From: Chiayiivirga flava
Lineage (GTDB): Bacteria > Pseudomonadota > Gammaproteobacteria > Xanthomonadales > Xanthomonadaceae
DNA length: 64,000 nucleotides
Assembly (NCBI GenBank): GCA_037190825.1
Contig: JBBCJS010000003.1
Coordinates: 1 to 64,000, forward strand
Reading direction: 5' to 3'
Shown here: positions 19,738-28,997 of the stretch, one piece after another
How positions within the stretch are numbered: the stretch's first letter is position 1
Layout of the letters: each line of letters starts with the position of its first letter
The notes under the pieces: generated by a model
The model's input: only the letters and a program-made list of their open reading frames with translations
Database searches by the model: none
Told to the model about the DNA's origin: nothing
Translations under genes and position numbers: made by a program

Positions 19738-20349
19738 TCAGGCGCGGATGACGCGATAGGCGTTCTGGTCGGGCAGGTATTCCACCAGCACCACGCGCTC
19801 GCCGCGCAGGAATTCTTCGTCGTGGCTGCGCACCTTGAGGATCAGGCCGGCGCCGCCATCGTCCAGATCGACTTCGCCCTGCGATGGCCCGACCCTGGGG
19901 CTGCGCACGATGGCTTCGCGGCCCAGGAACGAGGCGGCTTCGGGGCCGGCGAGGTTGGCGAACAACGGGCGCAGCGGATGCAGCGCCAGCCCGGTGAGCG
20001 GTACGGCGACGACGAACACCGCCAGCACCGTCGCCGCGCCCAGCGCGGTGCGCAGCAGGCCGGGCGAAAGCTGGCGCAGCAGCAGGAAGTCGGCGAAATA
20101 GCTCATCACCCACGCGAAAAGACAGATGCCCGATACGATCAACGCGATTGGGAGTCCATCGAGGCCAAATTTCAGCAACGCCCCGGAAAGCCCGCCCAGT
20201 TCGCCTTCGCCGCCGACCCCGCCCAGATCGAGCAGATCGGTATCAAACAGACCAAGAAGGGTCATCAGCCAGTAGCCCACCGCTATGGCCAGCAATACGC
20301 TGAAAACGACGGTGGGGAAGGACAGGGCGATGTCGAGAAAGGTCTGCAT
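19738..20349 (-). CDS. yqiJ: YqiJ/NfeD-like inner-membrane protein (flotillin operon partner)
   Basis: 203 aa; multiple TM helices followed by a C-terminal OB-fold-like soluble domain; 68 bp upstream of yqiK on the same strand. Confidence 0.75.
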   Translation of the reverse strand: MQTFLDIALSFPTVVFSVLLAIAVGYWLMTLLGLFDTDLLDLGGVGGEGELGGLSGALLKFGLDGLPIALIVSGICLFAWVMSYFADFLLLRQLSPGLLRTALGAATVLAVFVVAVPLTGLALHPLRPLFANLAGPEAASFLGREAIVRSPRVGPSQGEVDLDDGGAGLILKVRSHDEEFLRGERVVLVEYLPDQNAYRVIRA

Positions 20350-20471
20350 ACGGCCTCGGTTGCGGGTCGATGCCCACAGGGACGAAGGAAAGGCGGAATG
20401 GTGACGCAGAACTTACCCGCAAGTTCGATTTCCGTCATTTCTGCGAACGCGTACTACTGTCCGGGAAACCA

Positions 20472-20502
20472 TCCGTCGCACCCGCCTTCGCGGGGATGAC
20501 AC
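20472..20502. repeat. REP-like hairpin (cgcacccgccttcgcggggatgac)
   Basis: Stem cccgc/gcggg with cttc loop; translates as PAFAGMT in a spurious ORF; intergenic between yqiJ and the PIN toxin gene. Confidence 0.5.
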
Positions 20503-20504
20503 TG

Positions 20505-20957
20505 TCAGAGGGGCAATGGTTGGCGTATCCATTCGGCCAGCGCCTGTGCCGGTGTCAGGATGCGAATCCCGTCGATGGGCGGAAGGACGAGCAGGTCGGT
20601 GTCGCCGCTCACCAGCAGCGGTGCGTCTGATGCCAGCGCGGTACGGATGAAGGCATCGTCGTCCGGGTCACGGCACCAGGCGTGCGCTGCCAGATCGGAA
20701 GGAATCCTGACCCAGTCGGCGCTGGCGTTGAGGTCGTGCAGCAGGCGCTGGCGCAGGTCGATGTCGAGATAGCGGTCGAACTTCGGCCGCCACAGGCGGG
20801 ATTCAAGCTCGGCGAAGGTTTCGGCGGAAAACACCGGGCGCCGATGGGCGAGGACGTATCGCGCCACGTGCTTCGCCGTGCCGCCGGCCGAAAGCGCGGC
20901 ACTGATCCAGACGTTGGTGTCCAATACCACCCGCTGTCGGGCGATGTCAGCTTTCAT
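20505..20957 (-). CDS. PIN-domain toxin (VapC-like) of a type II TA module
   Basis: 150 aa; VVLDTNVWISA ... SGDTDLL PIN acidic motifs; overlaps the upstream antitoxin gene by 11 nt; paralogue of the 56194..56607 product. Confidence 0.85.
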   Translation of the reverse strand: MKADIARQRVVLDTNVWISAALSAGGTAKHVARYVLAHRRPVFSAETFAELESRLWRPKFDRYLDIDLRQRLLHDLNASADWVRIPSDLAAHAWCRDPDDDAFIRTALASDAPLLVSGDTDLLVLPPIDGIRILTPAQALAEWIRQPLPL

Positions 20958-21198
20958 CGGCCAGCAGGCGTTCCAGCTCGTCTTCGGTCAGGCCGGCGCG
21001 GGCGGCGGCGGCGGCGGATTCGTCCAGGGTCTGCCGCAGGCGGTCGGCATAGAAAGCGCGCATGGCCTCGTAATCCTGCGCGCTGACCATCACGCCGACC
21101 ACGCGCTCGTGGCGCATCACCCGTACAGGCTCGCGTTGCGCCCGGTCGAGGAACTCGCCGAAACGGGTCTTGGCTTCGTTGGCGGTGTAGGTCTGCAT
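20947..21198 (-). CDS. Phd/YefM-family antitoxin
   Basis: 84 aa (MQTYTANEAKTRFGEFLDRAQREPVRVMRHERVVGVMVSAQDYEAMRAF...); start refined to the ATG at 21196-21198; translationally coupled to the PIN gene. Confidence 0.8.
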   Translation of the reverse strand: MQTYTANEAKTRFGEFLDRAQREPVRVMRHERVVGVMVSAQDYEAMRAFYADRLRQTLDESAAAAARAGLTEDELERLLADES

Positions 21199-21277
21199 GG
21201 TGGGGATTCTGGTCGAATCGAACGATTCGGTCAATTTCGACGGGAAGGCGGAGTCGTTCCGCCTTGCCGTCCATGGC

Positions 21278-24200
21278 TCACGGCCCGACGCGGAACTGCC
21301 CCACGTCGATGCGCTGCTTGCCGGTTTCCAGCCGCCGCGTGGTGGCCTGGCGGGTGGGTTCGGCGCTGCCGAAGGCGGTCTGGAATTCCAGTTGCACCGT
21401 GACCGGGCCGGTGAGGGACTGGCGGCGGTCGCCGAAGTAGTGGGCCTGCACGCGGTAGGTGCCGGGCAGGGGGCGGGCGATGGTGAAGGCTTCCGGGCCA
21501 TAGCCCTGGGTGAAATCGCGGCTGACCTGGCCGCCGCTCCTGCTGCGCGGTTGGGCGTAGTAGACGGCTTCGCCGGTCGGGTCGATCACCCACAGGTCGA
21601 TGTCGGTGTTGTCCGCGTCCCAGGTCAGCACCACGCGCAGGCCGACTTCCACCGGCGGCATCAGTTCGGGCGGGATGCCGAGTTTTGCGATTTCCAGAGT
21701 CGGGCGGGCGGCAGCGACCAGGGCGGTGAGTTCGTGCAGGGCGATCAGGTCGATGTCCGGGAAGCGGCCGTGCCAGTCGTGCGTGGCGACGTGCCACAGG
21801 AGCGCGATGGCGCGTTCGGTCTGCGGTTGCGGCAGGCGGGACAGCGCGAGCGCGAGGTCGCGATGGCTTTGCGGTTCCTCGGGGCGCTGGGCGAGCGCGT
21901 CCTGGAACGTGCGCAGCGCCAGATCGGGGCGGTCCCACTGCGCCAGCCGGTAGCCGAATACGCGCAGGAGCGCCGTGTTCTCGTCGCCGATTTCGGCCAG
22001 GTTGGAGAGGATGCGCAGCGCCAGTGCGGGTTGTCTGGCCTCGTTGCGGAAGAAGTCGGCGGCGTCGAGGAAGAACGAGGGCGTGTCGGCGTGCTCGGCG
22101 CGCAATTGCAGGTAGGCGGCGTAGGGGTCTTTCGCGGCGCGCAGGGTTTTCAGGTACGGCGTGTCCGGGTTCCAGCCGCTCAACTGGATATCGGCGGTGA
22201 GTGCGGGGGCGGCGGCCTCTTCGAGGTCCGCGGCGGTGATGCGTGAGCCGGTGACTTCGATGCGGTCGAGTGTGGCGGATTCGTTCCGAGCGCTGCGCTG
22301 CCGGGCGGGTGCAGGAGGTGCGGGCGGCGGGGGCGCCGCCGATTCTGCAAGGTGGGCAGGCTCGGACGCGGGCGCGCTTCCTGACAGCGGGTGCAGTTCA
22401 AGGCCAGCCTGTTGCTCCTGCATGGATTCGGGCGCCAGGTCGAGGCGGCGCTGGCGCAGCGCGTCCAGCCGCAGCATCAAGGCGGTGGCTTCGCGCTCCC
22501 ATGCCGCGCGCGAGGCGGCTTCGGCGCCGTCCTTCGACCAGCGCCCGGCCAGTGCGCGGCCTTGCCTGGCGATGGCGTCGATATCGCGGCGCGAGGCCGT
22601 CAGGGTTTTTTCCGGCAGTCCGGCCGATGGCGCGAGGCGTTGCCACGATGCGGCTTCGGCCTCGGCGGCGGGCACGAGCAGGGTTTCCAGCCACGGATGG
22701 CGCTTGGCGTGCCATTCGCGGAATTCGCGCCAGCGCGTGGCGAGCGAGGCGATGCGCGCATCGCGGTCGATGTCGGTGCCGGCGGGTTTGGGCTGGCCGG
22801 CGCGCAGGCGGTCGTATTGCGCGCGCAGCTCGGCCTCCTTCGGTGCGACGCCGTAGCGCGCGTAGTCCTCGATGCGGTCGAGCACCAGCAGCGAGGTTTG
22901 CGAGGTGACGACACCGTGGCGCACCGCCAGTTCGGTGATGGCGGCGGTGTCGGGAGTGGCCTGCGCCTGCATCTGCGCGATGCGCGCCTGCGCCACCGCG
23001 CGCCAGACCGAATCGGCGAGCGCGCCGGTGGCGGGCGTGGCGTCGCCGACGGTCACTTCACGTTCCACCTTCGCCGAACCATCGCCGGTGCCGAAGGCAA
23101 GGCGCAGCGTGGCCTTGCCGGTGCAGCGCGCGCTCAGGGTCAGCGCCGTGCCGACGGGCTGCGGGGCGAGGGGGGAGATATCGGTGCAAGAGTTGCCCGG
23201 CTCGATGGAAAGCAGTCGCCAGCCGGTGGCCGACAGCGCGGCGCCGGCCTGTGCCGCCGACATGCGGGTGAGATCGAGCACTTCGCCGTTGCCGCGCCGC
23301 GCGATGTCGGCCAGGCGCGCGTGATCGGCGCGTTGCGCGGCGTGCAGTGCGAACAGGCGCGATGGCGCGCCGGTGAAATCGATGCGGCCGCTGCCGAAGG
23401 TGTCCAGCCCGTCGCCGATGACGAGGGCGGCGTCGGCTCTGGCGATGGCGCGGAAGTCGATGGCGCCGTAGTTGCTCGCGCCATCCAGCGGCAGTGTTTC
23501 CAGCGCATCGAGAAGCGCGGACGCATCGCCGCCGCGCACGCGGAAACGGCGCGCGGGTTCGGCCGCGTCGCGGAAGGCGATCAGGTCGACCTCGACGCTG
23601 CCGAGCGTTGCGAGCCACGCCGCCAGCGCCTCGCGTTCGCGCGCCAGGTCGCGGTCGCGCGCGCTGCCGGAGGCATCGAAGAACAGGGCGATGCGATCCG
23701 GTTTTTTCGGTGCCGGCAGAGTGTCCGGGCGGCCGCTGTCGATACGGGCCAGGATGGCGCGCTGCGCCGGTTCCAGCGCATCGGGCGCTTCCAGCGCGGC
23801 CATGTCGCCGGCCTGCTTGGGCACGCGGAAGCTCAGTTCGCGCTGCGGCGCGATGTCCTCGCGCGAAAACTCCGCGCGCCAGACGGTGGCGACGCGCTCG
23901 AAACGCAATTGCGCATCCGGCGAATCGGCGGCCAGTTCCGGCGCGGGCGCATCGACGGGCGCTTCGGCTTTCACCGAGAAGCGCCGCACCTTCTCGCGGA
24001 ACTGCAACGGCAGCAGATACCGCCAGTGCGCGCCGGCATCGTCCATCGCCTGCTCGAACTGAAGCGCGATGCGCTTGCTGCCGTGCGCGGGAATCGGATA
24101 CAGCCGGGTGCGGAACACGTTGCCGCGGGTCAGCTCGGCCAGGCCCGGATCGACCTGCTGGCGGGTGATGTCCTCGAACGCCACGCGCGCGGTCTGCCTG

Positions 24201-24505
24201 GGCACGACCACGCCTTCGCGCATCGCGCCATCCACTTCCAGCGCATAGCCGGTGACCGTCTGCCCCGGCCCGAGCGGGAACACGAACTCGCCCTCCAGCA
24301 CGCGCGCGTTGGGGTTGGCGAAGGTCATCTCGATGCGGGTATGCGCGAGGAAGCCGCGCATCGTCACGTCGATCTTCACTTCGTCCAGCACGATGGGTCG
24401 CAGGTCGGTCTCGGGCGGAATCCAGACCTGTGGCGGGCGTTGCGCCAGTGCGGCGGCGCTGGCGAAAAGGGCGAACAGCAGGGCGAGTCTGGACAGCGCG
24501 TTCAT
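21278..24505 (-). CDS. Large secreted VIT + von Willebrand A domain protein with a C-terminal DUF2135-like domain
   Basis: 1075 aa from signal peptide MNALSRLALLFALFASAAALAQ; VIT-like N-terminus; vWA MIDAS-like DRIALFFDASGSARDRD; C-terminal LTWDADNTDIDLWVIDPTGEAVYYAQPRSRSGGQVSRDFTQGYGPEAF segment. Confidence 0.85.
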   Translation of the reverse strand: MNALSRLALLFALFASAAALAQRPPQVWIPPETDLRPIVLDEVKIDVTMRGFLAHTRIEMTFANPNARVLEGEFVFPLGPGQTVTGYALEVDGAMREGVVVPRQTARVAFEDITRQQVDPGLAELTRGNVFRTRLYPIPAHGSKRIALQFEQAMDDAGAHWRYLLPLQFREKVRRFSVKAEAPVDAPAPELAADSPDAQLRFERVATVWRAEFSREDIAPQRELSFRVPKQAGDMAALEAPDALEPAQRAILARIDSGRPDTLPAPKKPDRIALFFDASGSARDRDLAREREALAAWLATLGSVEVDLIAFRDAAEPARRFRVRGGDASALLDALETLPLDGASNYGAIDFRAIARADAALVIGDGLDTFGSGRIDFTGAPSRLFALHAAQRADHARLADIARRGNGEVLDLTRMSAAQAGAALSATGWRLLSIEPGNSCTDISPLAPQPVGTALTLSARCTGKATLRLAFGTGDGSAKVEREVTVGDATPATGALADSVWRAVAQARIAQMQAQATPDTAAITELAVRHGVVTSQTSLLVLDRIEDYARYGVAPKEAELRAQYDRLRAGQPKPAGTDIDRDARIASLATRWREFREWHAKRHPWLETLLVPAAEAEAASWQRLAPSAGLPEKTLTASRRDIDAIARQGRALAGRWSKDGAEAASRAAWEREATALMLRLDALRQRRLDLAPESMQEQQAGLELHPLSGSAPASEPAHLAESAAPPPPAPPAPARQRSARNESATLDRIEVTGSRITAADLEEAAAPALTADIQLSGWNPDTPYLKTLRAAKDPYAAYLQLRAEHADTPSFFLDAADFFRNEARQPALALRILSNLAEIGDENTALLRVFGYRLAQWDRPDLALRTFQDALAQRPEEPQSHRDLALALSRLPQPQTERAIALLWHVATHDWHGRFPDIDLIALHELTALVAAARPTLEIAKLGIPPELMPPVEVGLRVVLTWDADNTDIDLWVIDPTGEAVYYAQPRSRSGGQVSRDFTQGYGPEAFTIARPLPGTYRVQAHYFGDRRQSLTGPVTVQLEFQTAFGSAEPTRQATTRRLETGKQRIDVGQFRVGP

Positions 24506-24649
24506 CGGGAGGCTTCCTGTGGCGTGGACAGTGCGGGCCTTGCAACGTGGCGGTGGGCGGAGTGGGGTTGGGGCGCCGCGTCCGGCCGTCGAAAACGAAG
24601 ACGGCACCGCCAAGCGCGCGGTGCCGTCGTGGCATCGATGCCGCAAGGA

Positions 24650-25621
24650 TCAGCCCGGCAGTCCGTCCCAGAACGCCTCGATGCGCTTGCGCTGCTCGGC
24701 ATCGGGCAGCGGGTCGTATCCGGCGGCGAGGTTGTCCTCGAGGTTCGCCAGCTTGGTGGTGCCCGGCAGCGCGGCGGTGACGGCGGGGTGGCTGATGGCG
24801 TACTTGAGGAACAGTTGCGCCCAGCTCGCCGCGCCGAACTCGGCCGCCCATTCGGGCAGCGCCACGTCGCGCACGCGCCCGAACAGCGGGCCGCGACGCC
24901 CGCCCAGCGGCATGTTCAGGAGGACGGCGACGCCGCGCTCCTGCGCGGCGGGGAACACGGTGTCTTCGGCGGCGCGGTCGTCCACCGAGTAGTTGACCTG
25001 CACCACGTCGAGCCGGTGGTTGCGGATCAGCGCGGCGGCTTCCTCGTGTTGCGCAGTGTTGGAGGTGGTGATGCCGATGTAGCGCAGCCGGCCGGCGGCT
25101 TTCCATTCGGCCAGCGTCGGCAGGATGGCTTCGGCGCCGGTGAGGTTGTGCACCTTCATCATGTCGATGACATCGGTGCGCAGGTGGCGGAACGAGGCTT
25201 CCAGCTGCGCGATGCCGGCGGCCGCGTCGCCGCCGGGCGCCGTCACCTTGGTGGCCAGGAACAGGCGCTCGCGGATGCCCAGTTCCTCGATCAGTTCGCC
25301 GAGCACGGCCTCGGAATTGCGATAGGCCGGCGCGGTATCGACGATGCGGTTCCCGGTCTGCGCCAGTGCGCGCAGCACCTCGCGCAGCGGGGCTTTTTCC
25401 TCGTCGGTCTGCACGCCGTAGTTGTTGGTGCCCAGGCCGATGACCGGGACACGTTCGCCGCTGGACGGGATCGCGCGAAGCAGCGGTGGATTGGCGGCGG
25501 CAAGGGCTTCTGCCGCGCGGCCGAAGCCGGGCAGCGCCAATGCGGCGGCGGAAACGGCGACGCCTTGCATCAGGCGGCGGCGGGCGGGATCGAACGTCGC
25601 GTCGGTCATGGCAATCTCCAT
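24650..25621 (-). CDS. Tat-exported aldo/keto reductase
   Basis: RRRLMQGVAVSAAALALP twin-arginine signal; AKR fold motifs (IDTAPAYRNSE, GITTSN). Confidence 0.85.
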   Translation of the reverse strand: MEIAMTDATFDPARRRLMQGVAVSAAALALPGFGRAAEALAAANPPLLRAIPSSGERVPVIGLGTNNYGVQTDEEKAPLREVLRALAQTGNRIVDTAPAYRNSEAVLGELIEELGIRERLFLATKVTAPGGDAAAGIAQLEASFRHLRTDVIDMMKVHNLTGAEAILPTLAEWKAAGRLRYIGITTSNTAQHEEAAALIRNHRLDVVQVNYSVDDRAAEDTVFPAAQERGVAVLLNMPLGGRRGPLFGRVRDVALPEWAAEFGAASWAQLFLKYAISHPAVTAALPGTTKLANLEDNLAAGYDPLPDAEQRKRIEAFWDGLPG

Positions 25622-25644
25622 AGGTATCGGAATGACGATGGAGA

Positions 25645-25710
25645 ACCTCGAAAACCTCCGTCGTTCCCGCCACCGCGGGAATGACGGGAAGAAGCAGGGT
25701 TTCCAAGGCC
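25645..25710. repeat. Nested-hairpin REP-like element (outer cctcgaaaacct/agggtttccaagg, inner gtcgttcccgc-cacc-gcgggaatgac)
   Basis: Same architecture as the 30508..30572 copy; intergenic between the AKR start and the stop of the 25757 gene. Confidence 0.6.
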
Positions 25711-25756
25711 CTCGATGGGAAAACGCGGTGCCCGTGCGGAACGGACACGGGCCAGC

Positions 25757-26695
25757 CTACCGCGGGCGCGGTGGCCGGGTCATCCCGCTGGCCGGTTCGA
25801 AGCCATCGGAGAAAAGCGCGTCGTCCAGGCCCAGGTGGGCGCTGACCACCTCCCAGGCGATCTCCTGCATCACCGTGGCCGTGGCCTCGGACGGCAGGGT
25901 GTAGGGCGTGCCCCATTCGTTGCTGATCTGGTGCGTCAGCCCGACCGGCGATTCGCGGTAGATCGCCGCGTACATCACCAGCGCGACGAAGTAGTTGCCG
26001 GCGTGGTTCAGATGGATGTCGTCGGGGAACAGTTCGAACACGTGGCTCATGCCGGGCACGGCGCCGCCTTCGATGCGGTCGTGCAGCCGTGCCAGCGCCT
26101 GCCCGGCGGGCACCAGTGTCACGCGCGGGCCGGCGAAGTCCGCGTTGAGGTGGTCGGCGATGCCCTGCCATTTCGGCAGGTCGTCGTCGAGGCGCTGCCG
26201 CCAGGGGACGTGATCGTCGTCGTCCCAGGGGCAGCCGGTGGGGGTGCCGCTGTTGATGCAGTGCCAGGTTTCGTAGATGAAGGTGCGCGTGGACGGGTTG
26301 CCGTCCAGCGCGAGCTGGTGGAAGTTGCCGGCGTTGAGGTAGGTGTCGGACCAGGTGAGATGGTTCTGCAACGGGATCGCCTCGGTCATCACCAGCACGT
26401 CCCAGTCGCCGGTCGGCAATGCCACGCGGGCGTCCAGTCCCTGCGCCAGATGCGAGTTTTCCCAGTTCGCCTTCAATGCGCCGCCGATGGTGATCTGCTC
26501 GCCGCGCTGGTGGGTCTTGCCGGCGTCGTCCGCCAGCGCGGCCAGCATCCACGGCATGTCGAAGTTGACCAGGCTGTGGCCGATCATCAGCACGCGGGCG
26601 TCGTCGATGGCGCCGGCCGATGACGATGCGGCCGGTGTCAGCAGCAGGGCGAGCAGGGCGGTGCGCAGCGCGTGGTGGAACATGGCGTGCCCCAT
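25757..26695 (-). CDS. Secreted hypothetical protein (possible SGNH/GDSL-like hydrolase) carrying a C-terminal LFSDGFEP motif
   Basis: 312 aa; N-terminal signal peptide (ALRTALLALLLTPAASSSAGA); MIGHSLVNFD resembles a GDSL block; near-C-terminal DDALFSDGFEPASG... Confidence 0.6.
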   Translation of the reverse strand: MGHAMFHHALRTALLALLLTPAASSSAGAIDDARVLMIGHSLVNFDMPWMLAALADDAGKTHQRGEQITIGGALKANWENSHLAQGLDARVALPTGDWDVLVMTEAIPLQNHLTWSDTYLNAGNFHQLALDGNPSTRTFIYETWHCINSGTPTGCPWDDDDHVPWRQRLDDDLPKWQGIADHLNADFAGPRVTLVPAGQALARLHDRIEGGAVPGMSHVFELFPDDIHLNHAGNYFVALVMYAAIYRESPVGLTHQISNEWGTPYTLPSEATATVMQEIAWEVVSAHLGLDDALFSDGFEPASGMTRPPRPR

Positions 26696-26829
26696 CGGCG
26701 GGAAAGCGTGTTGCCGGATGCTATAAGCCCGATGGGCCGAATCCGGCGCCGTCCCTCGCGGACGGCGCTACCAGCCGATGAGCGGCGCGAAAGCGTGTGC
26801 GATGCGCCGCTCGCGATCGAAGTGTTTCT

Positions 26830-28119
26830 TCACGCCGCCGCCAAGGCCTGCTCCAGATCCGCGATCAGGTCGTCCACGTGCTCGATGCCGATCGACAGGC
26901 GGACGGTATCCACGCTCACGCCGGCTTTTTCCAGTTCCTCGGGGGAAAGCTGGCGGTGCGTGGTGGAGGCCGGGTGCGTGGCGAGCGACTTGGCGTCGCC
27001 GATGTTGACCAGGCGGGTGAACAGGCGCAGCGCATCGAGGAAGCGCGCGCCCGCTTCGCGCCCGCCGGGCAGGCCGAAGGTGAACAGGCCCGAGGGCGCG
27101 CCGCCGCGCAGGTACTTCTGCGCCAGCGCGTGCTCGGGGTGGTCCGGCAGGCCGGCGTAGTTCACCCACGCCACCTTCGGGTGCTGCCGGAGGTGCTGCG
27201 CGATGGCGCGCGTGTTCTGCACGATGCGCTCCATGCGCAGCGCCAGCGTCTCGATGCCTTGCAGGATCAGGAAGGCGTTGAACGGCGACAGCGCCGCGCC
27301 GGTATTGCGCAGCGGCACCACGCGGGCGCGGCCGATGTAGGCGGCCGGCCCGAGCGCCTCGGTGTAGACCACGCCGTGGTAGCTCACGTCCGGCGTGTTG
27401 AGGCGCGGGAAGCGCGCGGCGTGCTCGGCCCACGGGAAGCGGCCCGAATCGACGATCGCCCCGCCCAGGCTGTTGCCGTGGCCGCCCAGGTACTTGGTCA
27501 GCGACTGCACCACGATGTCCGCGCCGAAGTCGATGGGGCGCAGCAGGTAGGGCGTGGCGACGGTGTTGTCCACGATCAGCGGCACGCCGTGGGCATGGGC
27601 GATCCTGGCGATCTTCTCGATGTCGGTGACGTTGCCGAGCGGGTTGCCGATGGATTCGACGAACACCGCCTTGGTTTTTTCGTCGATCAGCTTTTCGAAC
27701 GCATCCGGTTCCCGGTAATCGGCGAAGCGCGTCTGGATGCCGAACTGCGGCAAGGTGTGCGCGAACAGGTTGTAGGTGCCGCCGTACAGCGCGCTGGCCG
27801 AGACGATGTTGTCGCCGGCCTCGGCGATGGTCTGGATCGCATAGGTCACCGCCGCCTGCCCGGAAGCCAGCGCCAGCGCCGCGATGCCGCCTTCCAGCGC
27901 CGCGATGCGCTGCTCCAGCACATCCTGGGTCGGGTTCATGATGCGGGTGTAGATGTTGCCCGGCACCTTGAGGTCGAACAGGTCCGCGCCGTGCTGGGTG
28001 TTGTCGAAGGCGTAGGCCACGGTCTGGTAGATCGGCACCGCCACCGCGCGCGTGGTGGGGTCGGGCGAATAGCCGGCGTGGACGGCGAGGGTTTCGGGTT
28101 TCCAGCTGGCTTGGCTCAT
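26830..28119 (-). CDS. metY: O-acetylhomoserine aminocarboxypropyltransferase (sulfhydrylase), PLP-dependent
   Basis: PETLAVHAGY ... SLTKYLGGHG (PLP lysine block) is a Cys/Met-metabolism PLP-enzyme signature; start could be 28152 (MMSAPPP...) or 28119 (MSQASW...). Confidence 0.9.
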   Translation of the reverse strand: MSQASWKPETLAVHAGYSPDPTTRAVAVPIYQTVAYAFDNTQHGADLFDLKVPGNIYTRIMNPTQDVLEQRIAALEGGIAALALASGQAAVTYAIQTIAEAGDNIVSASALYGGTYNLFAHTLPQFGIQTRFADYREPDAFEKLIDEKTKAVFVESIGNPLGNVTDIEKIARIAHAHGVPLIVDNTVATPYLLRPIDFGADIVVQSLTKYLGGHGNSLGGAIVDSGRFPWAEHAARFPRLNTPDVSYHGVVYTEALGPAAYIGRARVVPLRNTGAALSPFNAFLILQGIETLALRMERIVQNTRAIAQHLRQHPKVAWVNYAGLPDHPEHALAQKYLRGGAPSGLFTFGLPGGREAGARFLDALRLFTRLVNIGDAKSLATHPASTTHRQLSPEELEKAGVSVDTVRLSIGIEHVDDLIADLEQALAAA

Positions 28120-28243
28120 CGGGGCGTGCTCGGGCGGCGGGGCGCTCATCATGCCTTGGGGTTATAAGAAGACTCGATACGAAACGGCATGTGCTCATGG
28201 CGGTTTCGCCATGACGAGCGAATGTTGCTGCACACTGCGCGGC

Positions 28244-28951
28244 ATGAGCATCCGTTCCACCCGCCTGCTGCGACTGATCGACGAACTGAACCGGCGGCAT
28301 CGCACCGTGCGCGGCGCCGAGCTGGCGGAACGGCTGGGCGTGAGCCTGCGCACGCTGTACCGGGACATCGAGACGCTGCGCGGGCAGGGCGCGGAGATCG
28401 ATGGCGAGGCCGGCGTCGGCTATCGCCTGCGGCCGGGTTTCATGCTGCCGGCGATGATGTTTTCCGAGGACGAGCTGGAAGCCGTCGTGCTGGGCGCACG
28501 CTGGGTCGCGGCACACGCCGATCCGGAGCTGGCTGAGGCGGCCCGCGCCGCACTGGACCGCGTGACCGGCGTGCTGCCGGCCGCATTGCGGCTCCAGGTG
28601 GAAACCAGCGGGCTGTTCGCGCCGGACTGGCGCGGGCCGACGGTCGAACCCTGGCTGCCGGCGCTGCGCCGGGCCATCCGGCATGGGCATCGCATGCGGA
28701 TGTGCTACGTCGATGTCGAAGGGCGTGCCAGCGAGCGCTTCGTCTGGCCGTTCGCGATGGCCTTCCTGTCCGAAGTGCGTTTGCTGGCGGCCTGGTGCGA
28801 ACTGCGCGGCGGGTTCCGGCATTTCCGTGCCGACCGGGTGCGGGCGCTGGAGGACACCGGACAGCCGTATCCGGATCGGCGCCACCACCTGCTGCGGCGC
28901 TGGCGCGCGCAGTGCGCGCACCAGCACGCGAATGCTGCTGACGAAAACTGA
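28244..28951 (+). CDS. YafY-family transcriptional regulator (HTH + WYL domain)
   Basis: N-terminal HTH (RLLRLIDELNRRHRTVRGAELAERLGVSLRTLYRDIETLR) then WYL-like region; start taken as M32 of the track ORF. Confidence 0.8.
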   Translation: MSIRSTRLLRLIDELNRRHRTVRGAELAERLGVSLRTLYRDIETLRGQGAEIDGEAGVGYRLRPGFMLPAMMFSEDELEAVVLGARWVAAHADPELAEAARAALDRVTGVLPAALRLQVETSGLFAPDWRGPTVEPWLPALRRAIRHGHRMRMCYVDVEGRASERFVWPFAMAFLSEVRLLAAWCELRGGFRHFRADRVRALEDTGQPYPDRRHHLLRRWRAQCAHQHANAADEN

Positions 28952-28997
28952 CAGCAGGCTGCGGACATACTGGCCGCCCTTCCACTGGAGCCGAACC

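Noticed and set aside
11281-24505. Giant AAA_5 protein plus VIT-vWA protein as a classical MoxR-vWA chaperone pair
   Set aside because: The two genes are ~4.6 kb apart, separated by the NYN gene, the flotillin operon and a TA module, and the vWA protein is signal-peptide exported. A direct operon partnership is not supported.
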